Virus record (IMG/VR): IMGVR_UViG_3300035099_000181
Coordinates: 37,071 to 101,070 of that record
DNA length: 64,000 nucleotides
Direction: 5' to 3' (one strand)
Source of the DNA: a virus
Position numbers and translations under genes: made by a program. Positions 19,260 to 27,345 of this stretch are shown one piece after another. The stretch's first letter is position 1. Each line of letters starts with the position of its first letter. The notes under the pieces were generated by a model. It had not been told where the DNA came from. It did no database searches and saw only the letters and a program-made list of their open reading frames with translations.

Positions 19260-20284
19260 AAGTATCTGAGTTTAAGAGGGCGTTGGAGCTGGTTAAGCCG
19301 GGACTCGCGAGCAGTGATAAGCTGATGGAGCAGGGGACTTCTGTGATCTTCGTTGGGGGCAGGGTCCAGACGTTCAACGACGAGGTTTCCATATCCGCGC
19401 CATTGGCCACGGATGTCGAAGGTGCGGTGCTGGCATCCCCTATTTATGCATTCCTGTCTAAGCTGCCGGCGGATTCCGAGTTGGAAGTGGAGCAGGGTGA
19501 AAGCGAACTCAAGTTGTTATGCGGCAGGCAGAGAGCGGGCGTGCTGATGGAAAAAGATATAAAGCTGCCCCTGGATGAGGAGCTTTCGGAACCTGGATCT
19601 TGGCAGCCAATTCCAGGTGATTTCTTGTCGTCCTTGCGGTCTGTCCTGTTCTCATCGGCAAGATCTGGGACGAATCCTATATTGGCCTGCGTCAACATTG
19701 GCGATGGTTTCATTGAAACGTGCGATGAATACAGGATGACGCGGTGCTCCCTCATTGATTCCCCGCTTCCCGAAGATATGTCATCTGGTAGCACGATCAA
19801 GATTGTGGCACGGCACTTGGGAAAGTTGGAGTCATATGAACCTGAGAGGATGGGCTATTCTGGGAACTGGGCGCATTTCGATTGCAAGGATGGTATCAGG
19901 TATTGTGTCCGAATAGTGGACGGGGATTACCCCGACCTTGGCGGATTTCTTGAACTTGATGGAGTCGAGATAGAGTTCCCGAAGGAGCTGGATGAAGCAT
20001 TGGACTGGGCTTCCGTAGTTGCTGATGATGCCGTCCAATTTGCGCAGGAGGTTAAAGTTGAGCTGAGTCGCGGGAAGCTGATCATTCGCGGGGAAGGGCC
20101 TGACGGATGGGCCGAGGATACTCTGTGCATGAGGTACACTGGTGAGCCTGTCACATTTTCTGCGCATCCATTATTCCTCAAGGAGATGGTCAAGATAGCT
20201 CGGAAGGTGATCCTTGGAAGGGAAGCTATTAAAATAGAGACCGATGGAATGCAGCATGTCGTGGCCCTTGGCAGCAGCGAATAG
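19256..20284 (+). CDS. Divergent DNA sliding clamp (beta subunit-like)
   Basis: 342 aa between dnaE and the clamp loader; NPILACV, ETCDEYRM, RIVDGDYPD resemble beta-clamp motifs. Confidence 0.7.
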   Translation: MKVSEFKRALELVKPGLASSDKLMEQGTSVIFVGGRVQTFNDEVSISAPLATDVEGAVLASPIYAFLSKLPADSELEVEQGESELKLLCGRQRAGVLMEKDIKLPLDEELSEPGSWQPIPGDFLSSLRSVLFSSARSGTNPILACVNIGDGFIETCDEYRMTRCSLIDSPLPEDMSSGSTIKIVARHLGKLESYEPERMGYSGNWAHFDCKDGIRYCVRIVDGDYPDLGGFLELDGVEIEFPKELDEALDWASVVADDAVQFAQEVKVELSRGKLIIRGEGPDGWAEDTLCMRYTGEPVTFSAHPLFLKEMVKIARKVILGREAIKIETDGMQHVVALGSSE

Positions 20285-20296
20285 AGGGAGAAAGCA

Positions 20297-21241
20297 ATGC
20301 CATTACACACGGATCATAGACCCATGAAGCTGTCCGATATGATGGGCAATCAATCTGTAATGAGTTCTCTGAAAGCTCATTTGAAAAAAGATAGCCCAAA
20401 CAGGTCCTTGCTAGTTACGGGGCCTTCGGGATGTGGCAAGACTTCAATTGCATATTGCCTGGCGAACGAACTTGGAGCGTATGATAAGAAGCATCCTGAC
20501 TGGAACTTCAAGATGCTTAATGCCTCAGACTTTCGGGGCATAGACACCATCCGTCAAATTCGGGAGGACTCTGCAAGGAGACCTTTGAATAAATCCCCTG
20601 CTAGGATTTGGGATCTTGAGGAATCTCACCGGCTCACGTCCGATGCGCAGGAAGCTATTCTTAAGCTACTGGAGGATCCGCCGAAGGACTGTTGGTTCGT
20701 GTTGACCACCACTGAGCCCGGCAAACTCAAGATGACATTGCGTAGAAGATGCACAGAATTCGAGATGTCACCGCTTTCCGACCGGGAACTGGCCGTACTT
20801 TTGTCTAAGGTAATGAAGGAGGAAGGCAAGTTTGTTCCGAGGGATATCGTTGCGCAGATTTGCCGTGATTCCATGGGATCGCCTGGCATGGCCTTGAACA
20901 TATTGGATAAGGTCATCGACTTGCCGGAGGCTGATATGGCTAAGGCGGCGAAGCGGCTGGCGGAACGCTCGTCCAATGTGATAACGCTGTGCCGAGCCAT
21001 GCTGGCGCTGAAGGGCGGTGGCGGTAAGAGCGCGTGGAAGGAACTGGCTGGGATACTGAAGGAACTTGAGGAGGACGACGAGGAGACAATACGCAGGCAG
21101 GTTTTGGCTTATTTCCGCAAGGTACTTCTTGACGGCGACGAGGGTGCTTACTTGGTGATGTGCGAGTTTGAGCAGCCTTATTACAATAGTGGGAAGGCAG
21201 GCTTGGCGCTGTCGGTGTACCGGGCGCTCTGTCTGGAATAA
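20297..21241 (+). CDS. Clamp loader AAA+ subunit (DnaX gamma/tau- or RFC-like)
   Basis: HRPMKLSDMMGNQ, GPSGCGKT, NASDFRGIDTIR, AQEAILKLLEDPP, TLRRRC. Confidence 0.88.
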   Translation: MPLHTDHRPMKLSDMMGNQSVMSSLKAHLKKDSPNRSLLVTGPSGCGKTSIAYCLANELGAYDKKHPDWNFKMLNASDFRGIDTIRQIREDSARRPLNKSPARIWDLEESHRLTSDAQEAILKLLEDPPKDCWFVLTTTEPGKLKMTLRRRCTEFEMSPLSDRELAVLLSKVMKEEGKFVPRDIVAQICRDSMGSPGMALNILDKVIDLPEADMAKAAKRLAERSSNVITLCRAMLALKGGGGKSAWKELAGILKELEEDDEETIRRQVLAYFRKVLLDGDEGAYLVMCEFEQPYYNSGKAGLALSVYRALCLE

Positions 21242-21243
21242 AA

Positions 21244-21266
21244 AAAATAGGAATCCGTGCTATAAT
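21244..21266 (+). promoter_or_regulatory. Putative phage promoter AAAATAGGAA-N7-TATAAT with extended TG
   Basis: AAAATAGGAATCCGTGCTATAAT in a 40-bp intergenic gap. Confidence 0.55.
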
Positions 21267-21280
21267 AAATATGAAAGGGA

Positions 21281-21877
21281 ATGACGAGTGTGTTTGATAA
21301 GGTAGTGAATCAACTAAAGCAAGATGGAGGAAGCGTGGCAGAACTTGATTACAGCAAGGATGTTTCGATTGATCCGGACCGTCTTGATCTCGAATGGTTG
21401 CATCAGGCTGATCTGACGCTCAAGTACGGGGAGGAGGTCGCGGAGGCCCAGAGCCGTGTGGACTGGGAAAAGGAGTCGGCGGATGTGGAAGAGGCCAATG
21501 CCTCGGTCAGGGTGCGGGATTTTTATCTTTCAGAAGGGCTGAAGTTGCCGACTGTGGATCAGCTTAGGGCTGAGATCTTGCTCGATGGGCAATTCAAGGG
21601 GAGGCGCGAGGAATTGCTCCGTGCGAAGCACAGTCTTGGGTTGGTCAAGGCCGCATACGAGGCGATTTTGATGCGCAAGCCTGCGTTGGAGAATCTTGTC
21701 AGGTTGCTTATCCAGGGCTACATCGCGGGACCGAAGGAGCCTTACGATCTATCTGACGGGATAGGCATGAAGCAGGCTTCCATAGAGTCAGGAAAGGAGA
21801 AGGCGAGGCAGGTGGCGAGGGAGGCAGGTATGGTAGCGCGACGGGCCCTAAAAAAGGAAGGCGGAGAGGTGAGATGA
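21281..21877 (+). CDS. Coiled-coil protein, possibly a UvsY-like recombination mediator
   Basis: Helical composition and position upstream of the SSB and RecA genes; motif support is weak. Confidence 0.45.
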   Translation: MTSVFDKVVNQLKQDGGSVAELDYSKDVSIDPDRLDLEWLHQADLTLKYGEEVAEAQSRVDWEKESADVEEANASVRVRDFYLSEGLKLPTVDQLRAEILLDGQFKGRREELLRAKHSLGLVKAAYEAILMRKPALENLVRLLIQGYIAGPKEPYDLSDGIGMKQASIESGKEKARQVAREAGMVARRALKKEGGEVR

Positions 21878-22107
21878 AGATTGGCATAAGCATGGGCAGA
21901 ACTATCAATACGGGGAATTATGAGAGTGCCCGTATCGACGTGACAATGGAGCAGGACATAGATGACGACATTCAGTTACGCGAATCGGCTTGGTCGGACT
22001 TGAGAACGGAATGCAAAAACAGGCTGGCAGATGAAGTTAAAAGGATAGACAGCAATCCAAAATGGCCAATGGAGGAAAAAGATGGCAACACCAGCAAGAG
22101 GAAGTAG
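21874..22107 (+). CDS. Small phage-type hypothetical protein
   Basis: GRTINTGNYESARIDV motif; coupled start. Confidence 0.65.
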   Translation: MKIGISMGRTINTGNYESARIDVTMEQDIDDDIQLRESAWSDLRTECKNRLADEVKRIDSNPKWPMEEKDGNTSKRK

Positions 22108-23299
22108 ACAAGACCCTGTGGCGGAACGCAGGGCGGCGGCGTCGGCAAGAGCAAGGAAGAGGGCTGCTGAGAAGCAGTCTGAGCGGAGGGGCAGGTCTTG
22201 TGTTTCCTATAGTGGGAAATTCTTCGAGAAGAAGGCTGGGGTGAATACACTAATTACTGTCTTGCCTTACGTTGTTAAGGAAAGGCATCACCCGGACAAG
22301 ATAGAGCCGGGAGAGCTTTGGTACAAGCGCCCATACCTGAAGCATGGGTGGATAGGGATGGACAAGGATAACGGGCTGGATTTTGTGTGTCCAAAATCGT
22401 TCGGGAAGGCATCTTCGTGCATCATATGTGACGATGTATCAGCGATGCGCAAAGATTATGAGAGGAACAAGGACTCGATAAAGGCCTTGCGGGCGACCGA
22501 CCGGGAAATCTATCTTTTTTATCTTCATGATGCTGGGGAGGTTCGCCTTTACGAAGACTCCTACGGCGCATTTGGTGACGTTTTGGATGCTCGCTTGCGC
22601 AACCCTCGGCAGGGAGACATCTGGGCGGCTTTCTACCTCCCCAGGGGGGACGGATTTGTTCTGGATGTGAATTGGGAGGAGAAGGATATCGGTCAGAAGA
22701 ACCCATGGGTTAAGGCTGTAAGTATGGATTTCTTGGAATGCAAGGAATACCCGGTGCCGGATAAAGTATGGGATATGCAATTTGAGCTGAGTCAGTTTTT
22801 GGTGAAGTCGTCGGACAAGGACATCGAGAAGGCATATCTGGGAAGCGCCGAGGGCGAGGACCAGCCAGAGGAGGAGACCGAGCCGGATCTAGAATCAGAA
22901 TCGCAGAAAACGTCTTCTGCTGGCTGGATTGGCAGAACAACGGAAGCCAAAAAGGAGACCGAGGAAGCTGGCCCCGAGCTGATCGAGGACAAGGATGAGC
23001 TTTTGGCCTATGCCAAGGACAGGGGGCTGAAGGATGAGGGCGGGAAGCTGATCTATCGCTATTATGCGCGTAAGGATGTTAGTGAGATCAAGACTGCCGT
23101 GCTGAAGGCAGAGGGCAAAGTCATGGGCGGGAAGGGCAAAGCCAGAAAAACCCCCTCTGGTGAATGTCCGTTCAAGCACAAGTTCGGCTTTGACTTTGGG
23201 GAATCGGAGGATTGCTTCGGCGATGGTGGCTGTCCGGAGGATGTCTATAGTGCTTGCATGAAGGCATATGACGGGATCAAGGGAAGGGAGGATGTTTAG
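22082..23299 (+). CDS. Putative phage single-stranded DNA-binding protein (gp32-like)
   Basis: H...CPKSFG...CIICD Zn motif, acidic linker, directly upstream of RecA. Confidence 0.6.
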   Translation: MATPARGSRQDPVAERRAAASARARKRAAEKQSERRGRSCVSYSGKFFEKKAGVNTLITVLPYVVKERHHPDKIEPGELWYKRPYLKHGWIGMDKDNGLDFVCPKSFGKASSCIICDDVSAMRKDYERNKDSIKALRATDREIYLFYLHDAGEVRLYEDSYGAFGDVLDARLRNPRQGDIWAAFYLPRGDGFVLDVNWEEKDIGQKNPWVKAVSMDFLECKEYPVPDKVWDMQFELSQFLVKSSDKDIEKAYLGSAEGEDQPEEETEPDLESESQKTSSAGWIGRTTEAKKETEEAGPELIEDKDELLAYAKDRGLKDEGGKLIYRYYARKDVSEIKTAVLKAEGKVMGGKGKARKTPSGECPFKHKFGFDFGESEDCFGDGGCPEDVYSACMKAYDGIKGREDV

Positions 23300-24400
23300 A
23301 TGAAAAGGGGGCGTACATCTAACGAACTGGCGGAGCAGGTCCAGGAGCGCCACGAGTCTGGGGAAGGCTTAGTCAGTATGAGGGAGACTCCTCCCCGATT
23401 GTATCTGAACACAGGGTGCACGCTCCTAAACTTGGCATTGACAGATAGGGCGGACGGGGGCTGGCCTTGCGGGAGGATAGTCAATCCGATAGGGGATAGT
23501 GACACATGCAAGACCGTCCTTGGCCTGACCGCATTGGCGGAGGCTTGCAGGGACAGCAGGTTTGATTCCCATTCATTGGAATACAACGATGTCGAGGCTT
23601 CCCTTTCATTCGATTTGGAGAGGATGTTCGGGAAGTCTTTCTGTGACAGGGTTTGCATACGTTCGCCTCTGGCAGAAGAGGACAAAAGCAAGGCTCCAGA
23701 AACTGTTCAGGAGCTGCATTATCAGCTTCTGGATTATTTGGATGGGGAAGCGCCTTTCGTGACTGTTGTTGACTCGTTGGATGGCTTGTCTTCAAAGGAG
23801 GAGCTGGAGAAAACGGAAGAGGAGCGCGAGGCCTGGAAGAAAAGCAAGGATACGACCGGAACTATGGCTATGTCCAAGCAGAAGTATTTCAAGCGTATGC
23901 TTCGGGAGCTGAAGGGAAAGGTAGCGAAGACTGATTCCCTTATCATGGTTGTGAGTCAGACAATAGACAATGTTGGCGCGGTGTTTGGGCCGAAGAAATC
24001 AAGAGCAGGAGGTAATGCGCTGAAGTTTTTCTCTTCGCATGAGTTGTGGCTCTCCGTTATGGAAAGTGAGAAGGCGAAGGGCCGGGTCATAGGGCGGAAG
24101 ATACGGTGCAAGGTCAGTAAAAATCAGATAACTGGCAAGAAGCGGGAGATTGCTTTCTGGGCGTTTGACAACTTTGGGATAGACGATATTCGGACTAGCA
24201 TCGAGTTCTTGCTGGCCGAGAAGGTATGGGCGAGGGTTGGCGGATGGATAAATGCTGGGGAGTTTGGCAAGTTGCAGGTAGGTGAACTGGTCAGGAAGAT
24301 AGAGGAGGGTCTTGTCGGGAAGCTGAATGAGGTTGTTCAGGGTACATGGGATGACATTGAGGCGAGCCTGGAGTTGGGCAGGAAGCCGAGGTATGAATGA
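23300..24400 (+). CDS. recA: RecA/UvsX-like recombinase
   Basis: NTGCTLLNLAL...GGWPCGRIV, GDSDTCKT, DVE, VVDSL, VSQ, AGGNALKFFSS, KVSKN. Confidence 0.88.
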   Translation: MKRGRTSNELAEQVQERHESGEGLVSMRETPPRLYLNTGCTLLNLALTDRADGGWPCGRIVNPIGDSDTCKTVLGLTALAEACRDSRFDSHSLEYNDVEASLSFDLERMFGKSFCDRVCIRSPLAEEDKSKAPETVQELHYQLLDYLDGEAPFVTVVDSLDGLSSKEELEKTEEEREAWKKSKDTTGTMAMSKQKYFKRMLRELKGKVAKTDSLIMVVSQTIDNVGAVFGPKKSRAGGNALKFFSSHELWLSVMESEKAKGRVIGRKIRCKVSKNQITGKKREIAFWAFDNFGIDDIRTSIEFLLAEKVWARVGGWINAGEFGKLQVGELVRKIEEGLVGKLNEVVQGTWDDIEASLELGRKPRYE

Positions 24401-24416
24401 TTTGGTAGGAGGGATT

Positions 24417-24965
24417 ATGTCAAGAAAGAAGATGCACGAGGAGCCGAAAAGGGTTTACGCATGGAGGGACGGTAGTGGGAAGCGGTTTGGGAAGTTTGAT
24501 GCCCAACCTGCGGGCGAGGAAGTGGAGAAGCTTCAGAAGTTACATGGGCATGAACTTGAGCCTGCGGACGTTGTGGAGGCGGCAGCAGATGAGAAGAATG
24601 TTCTGCATGACTTATTCGAGTGGGACAATCTGAAGGCCGGACACGAATGGAGGCTGCAGCAGGCGCGTTTCCTTTTGCAGTCCCTCAAGGTGACGATCAC
24701 TCATTATGATGGGAAGACGATCACGTTGGATCGGGCGACGGCGGTGCTTCCCGCCAAGAATGGTTCAGGCGGGAAAAAATATGTCATGATGGAACGGGCG
24801 ATGCGGGATGCGGACAGCAGGAACTATCTGCTCCGGGTGGCGTTGCTTGAGGCCATCGCGTTCAGGAACAAGTACAAGGAGCTGTCGGAACTGACGAAGA
24901 TCTTTGTCGAGATTGACCTGGCATACAAGGAGCATGCCGGGGAACTGAAGCAGTGCGTCATGTGA
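24417..24965 (+). CDS. Hypothetical protein associated with the pentamer-repeat/RAMP locus
   Basis: GGAGGG RBS; LEPADVVEAAADEKNVLHDLFEWDNLKAGHEWRLQQARFLL; ends 4 nt before array 1. Confidence 0.75.
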   Translation: MSRKKMHEEPKRVYAWRDGSGKRFGKFDAQPAGEEVEKLQKLHGHELEPADVVEAAADEKNVLHDLFEWDNLKAGHEWRLQQARFLLQSLKVTITHYDGKTITLDRATAVLPAKNGSGGKKYVMMERAMRDADSRNYLLRVALLEAIAFRNKYKELSELTKIFVEIDLAYKEHAGELKQCVM

Positions 24966-24969
24966 TTCT

Positions 24970-25637
24970 GGCATGGCAGAGCGGAGTAGGGATAGGTTGA
25001 GTAAAGCAAAGCAAGGCAGGCGGAGCGAAGCAGAGCATAGCAAAGCCAAACAAAGCAAGGCAGGCGAAGCGGAGCACAGCGGAGCAAAGCAGAGCCGAGC
25101 AAAGCAAAGCAAGGCAGGCTAAGCGAAGCAGAGCCCAGCACAGCCCAGCAAAGCCCAGCAGAGCCTAGCAAAGCAAGGCAGGCGGAGCATAGCCTAGCTT
25201 AGCCGAGCAGAGCCAAGCACAGCTAAATAAAGCAATGCAGGCAGAGCTTAGCTTAGCGTAGCCCAGCCAAGCACAGCCAAGCAAAGCAAGGCAGGCTAAG
25301 CTTAGCATAGCTTAGCAAAGCTAAGCAAAGCAAGGCAGGCCAAGCGGAGCCGAGCACAGCATAGCTTAGCAAAGCCAAGCAAAGCAAGGCAGGCCAAGCG
25401 GAGCCGAGCACAGCAGAGCTGAGCTGAGCCAAGCAAAGCAAGGCAGGCAAAGCATAGCGCAGCGCAGCTTAGCAGAGCGTAGCGAAACAAAGCAAAGCAG
25501 GCCAAGCGTAGCATAGCAAAGCAAAGCGTAGCTGAGCCAAGCTGAGCGAAGCAAAGCAAGGCAGGCTAAGCAAAGCGTAGCTCAGCCAAGCGTAGCCTAG
25601 CAAAGCTCAGCTAAGCAAAGCAAGCAAAGCAAGGCAG
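24970..25637 (+). repeat. Array 1 of AGC-NN pentamer units (12 units incl. a degenerate first one); candidate guide ncRNA array
   Basis: Units GGC-NN-(AGC-NN)n-AGC-AA-AGC-AA-GGCA; constant trinucleotide alternates with a variable dinucleotide. Confidence 0.9.
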
Positions 25638-25703
25638 AAGGCGATTGGCAGTCGCCTATCGCCAATGGGTTTCATTTAACAGGAATCAAGAAGGAGAAAT
25701 GTC

Positions 25704-26423
25704 ATGGCAAGGAAGGCAGTGTCAGAAGCTAACGTGGCAATTACTATTAGTTCCCCCAAGTTTGACATCTTCAAATGTTCGATAATTGGGAGTTCTCCAT
25801 TCGTGTCGAATAAGTTTTCCGAGAAGGCACGGATTATGATGGAGGAGGCCCAGATGCAGGGGCAGGCAGCCAAGACGACGAGGAAGAGGGAACCGAAGGA
25901 TTTCGAGTCTCTTTACCTCGGGTCTATGCATCTTGCGGATTCCGGTGATTGGTATGGCATTCCGTGCTCGGCCTTTAGGAGCGCCATGATCAAGGCATGT
26001 AGCATTGTTGGTGTGCATATGACAAAGGCTAAGATGTGCGTCTTTGTTGAGCCTGATGGGTTTAGCAGGGAAGGAACGGCGTTGGTCAGGATAACGAAGG
26101 GGGAACCTAAGATGTTCAAGGCGGCGGTAATATTGGCGTCTGGAGTTCCCGATATTTCCGCGCGTGGAATGTGGATGCCTGGATGGGAAGCGGAGCTGCG
26201 GATACGGTACGACTCGGATATCTTCTCTCCGGAGACCGTGGCTAACCTTCTGATGAGGGCTGGATTGCAGGTGGGAGTTGGTGCCGGTCGCCATGCTTCC
26301 GAAAGGTCGTCCGGGCAAGGGTGGGGGGAGTTCATGTTGAAGACGGATTCTCAGGATATGGGCAGGGAAGAGGGACTTGAGGCAAACCCTGTTCCAAAAA
26401 GGAGATTGAGACAGGCAGCATAG
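25704..26423 (+). CDS. Stand-alone RAMP/Cas7-like protein
   Basis: AAGGAG RBS; IIGSSPF (first RRM strand), YGIPCSAFRSAMIKAC (IPxSxxKGxxR-like), C-terminal Gly-rich loop AGLQVGVGAGR...GQGWGEF. Confidence 0.7.
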   Translation: MARKAVSEANVAITISSPKFDIFKCSIIGSSPFVSNKFSEKARIMMEEAQMQGQAAKTTRKREPKDFESLYLGSMHLADSGDWYGIPCSAFRSAMIKACSIVGVHMTKAKMCVFVEPDGFSREGTALVRITKGEPKMFKAAVILASGVPDISARGMWMPGWEAELRIRYDSDIFSPETVANLLMRAGLQVGVGAGRHASERSSGQGWGEFMLKTDSQDMGREEGLEANPVPKRRLRQAA

Positions 26424-26453
26424 GGACGCGGCGATGGCATATTCGTTTTGATT

Positions 26454-27013
26454 AAGGCAGGGTTGGCTGAGCACAGTCCGGCTCAGCTAATCCGAACAAA
26501 GCAAAGCAGGCCAAGCCCAGCATAGCCCAGCAAAGCTAAGCCGAGCTAAGCTGAGCCCAGCAAAGCAAGGCAGGCGAAGCAGAGCATAGCATAGCCAAGC
26601 AAAGCAAAGCAAAGCCCAGCTAAACAAAGCAAGGCAGGCGAAGCATAGCGTAGCAAAGCAAAGCAAAGCCCAGCTAAACAAAGCAAGGCAGGCGAAGCGT
26701 AGCTCAGCAAAGCATAGTGCAGCACAGCGGAGCCAAGCATAGTAAAGCAAAGCAAGGCAGGCTAAGCTAAGCATAGCACAGCAGAGCGTAGCAAGGAAAA
26801 GCAAGGCAGGCGTAGCTGAGCCCAGCGGAGCATAGCGGAGCAAAGCGGAGCAGAGCAAGGCAGGCGGAGCAGAGCGGAGCAAAGCGCAGCAGAGCAAAGC
26901 CCAGCATAGCGGAGCAGAGCTAAACAAAGCAAGGCAGGCGAAGCGTAGCTCAGCAAAGCATAGTGCAGCACAGCGGAGCCAAGCATAGTAAAGCAAAGCA
27001 AGGCAGGCGAAGT
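26454..27013 (+). repeat. Array 2 of AGC-NN pentamer units (9 units incl. a degenerate first one); candidate guide ncRNA array
   Basis: Same grammar and AAGCAAGGCAGGC handle as array 1; the unit starting at 26691 is repeated exactly at 26937. Confidence 0.9.
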
Positions 27014-27026
27014 CGGGAGCAAAGAG

Positions 27027-27345
27027 ATCAAGACATATTCTTACATTCTTATAGATAGTCATTGTATCGGTTATGCCTCGGCTTTTACCACCGGTAGCTT
27101 GACTCATGCTAGAGAGAATATTGGTGTCTTGTTTGGGTTCTTGAAGCAGATTCTGAATGTGGCAGAAAGGTTTGAGACTAATCGCTTCATGTTCTGTTGG
27201 GATTCAGGCAAGTCCTTACGGAAGAAGGTCTTTGCTGACTACAAGCGCAGGAAACTTATGGCCGATGAAGAGAAGGAAAAGTTCAGCTCTATCCATCGCC
27301 AGTTTCACATGATCCGCGTTTATTGAGGCATTTAAGTTGCTATGA
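27027..27345 (+). pseudogene. Truncated 5'-3' exonuclease / flap endonuclease (PolI N-terminal-like)
   Basis: YILIDSHCIGY...GVLFGFLKQIL...MFCWDSGKSLRKKVFADYKRR; no ATG start, stops after ~100 codons; possible C-terminal remnant AFIEAFKLL* in another frame overlapping the next ATG. Confidence 0.7.

Noticed and set aside
23125-23160. Partial gapped self-match of array unit GG AG GG AA GC AG AA to the SSB gene (GGG AAG GGC AAA GCC AGA AAA)
   Set aside because: One early mismatch and no match over the remaining five dinucleotides; compatible with chance.
24970-27013. Canonical CRISPR array
   Set aside because: The inter-handle segments are themselves periodic AGC-NN rather than unique spacers, vary in 5-nt steps, and no cas1/cas2 is present.
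24765-27107. Leu/Cys/Ala-rich minus-strand ORFs over the pentamer arrays
   Set aside because: They are translations of the reverse-complemented repeat in several frames at once, lack an RBS and oppose the + strand gene flow.
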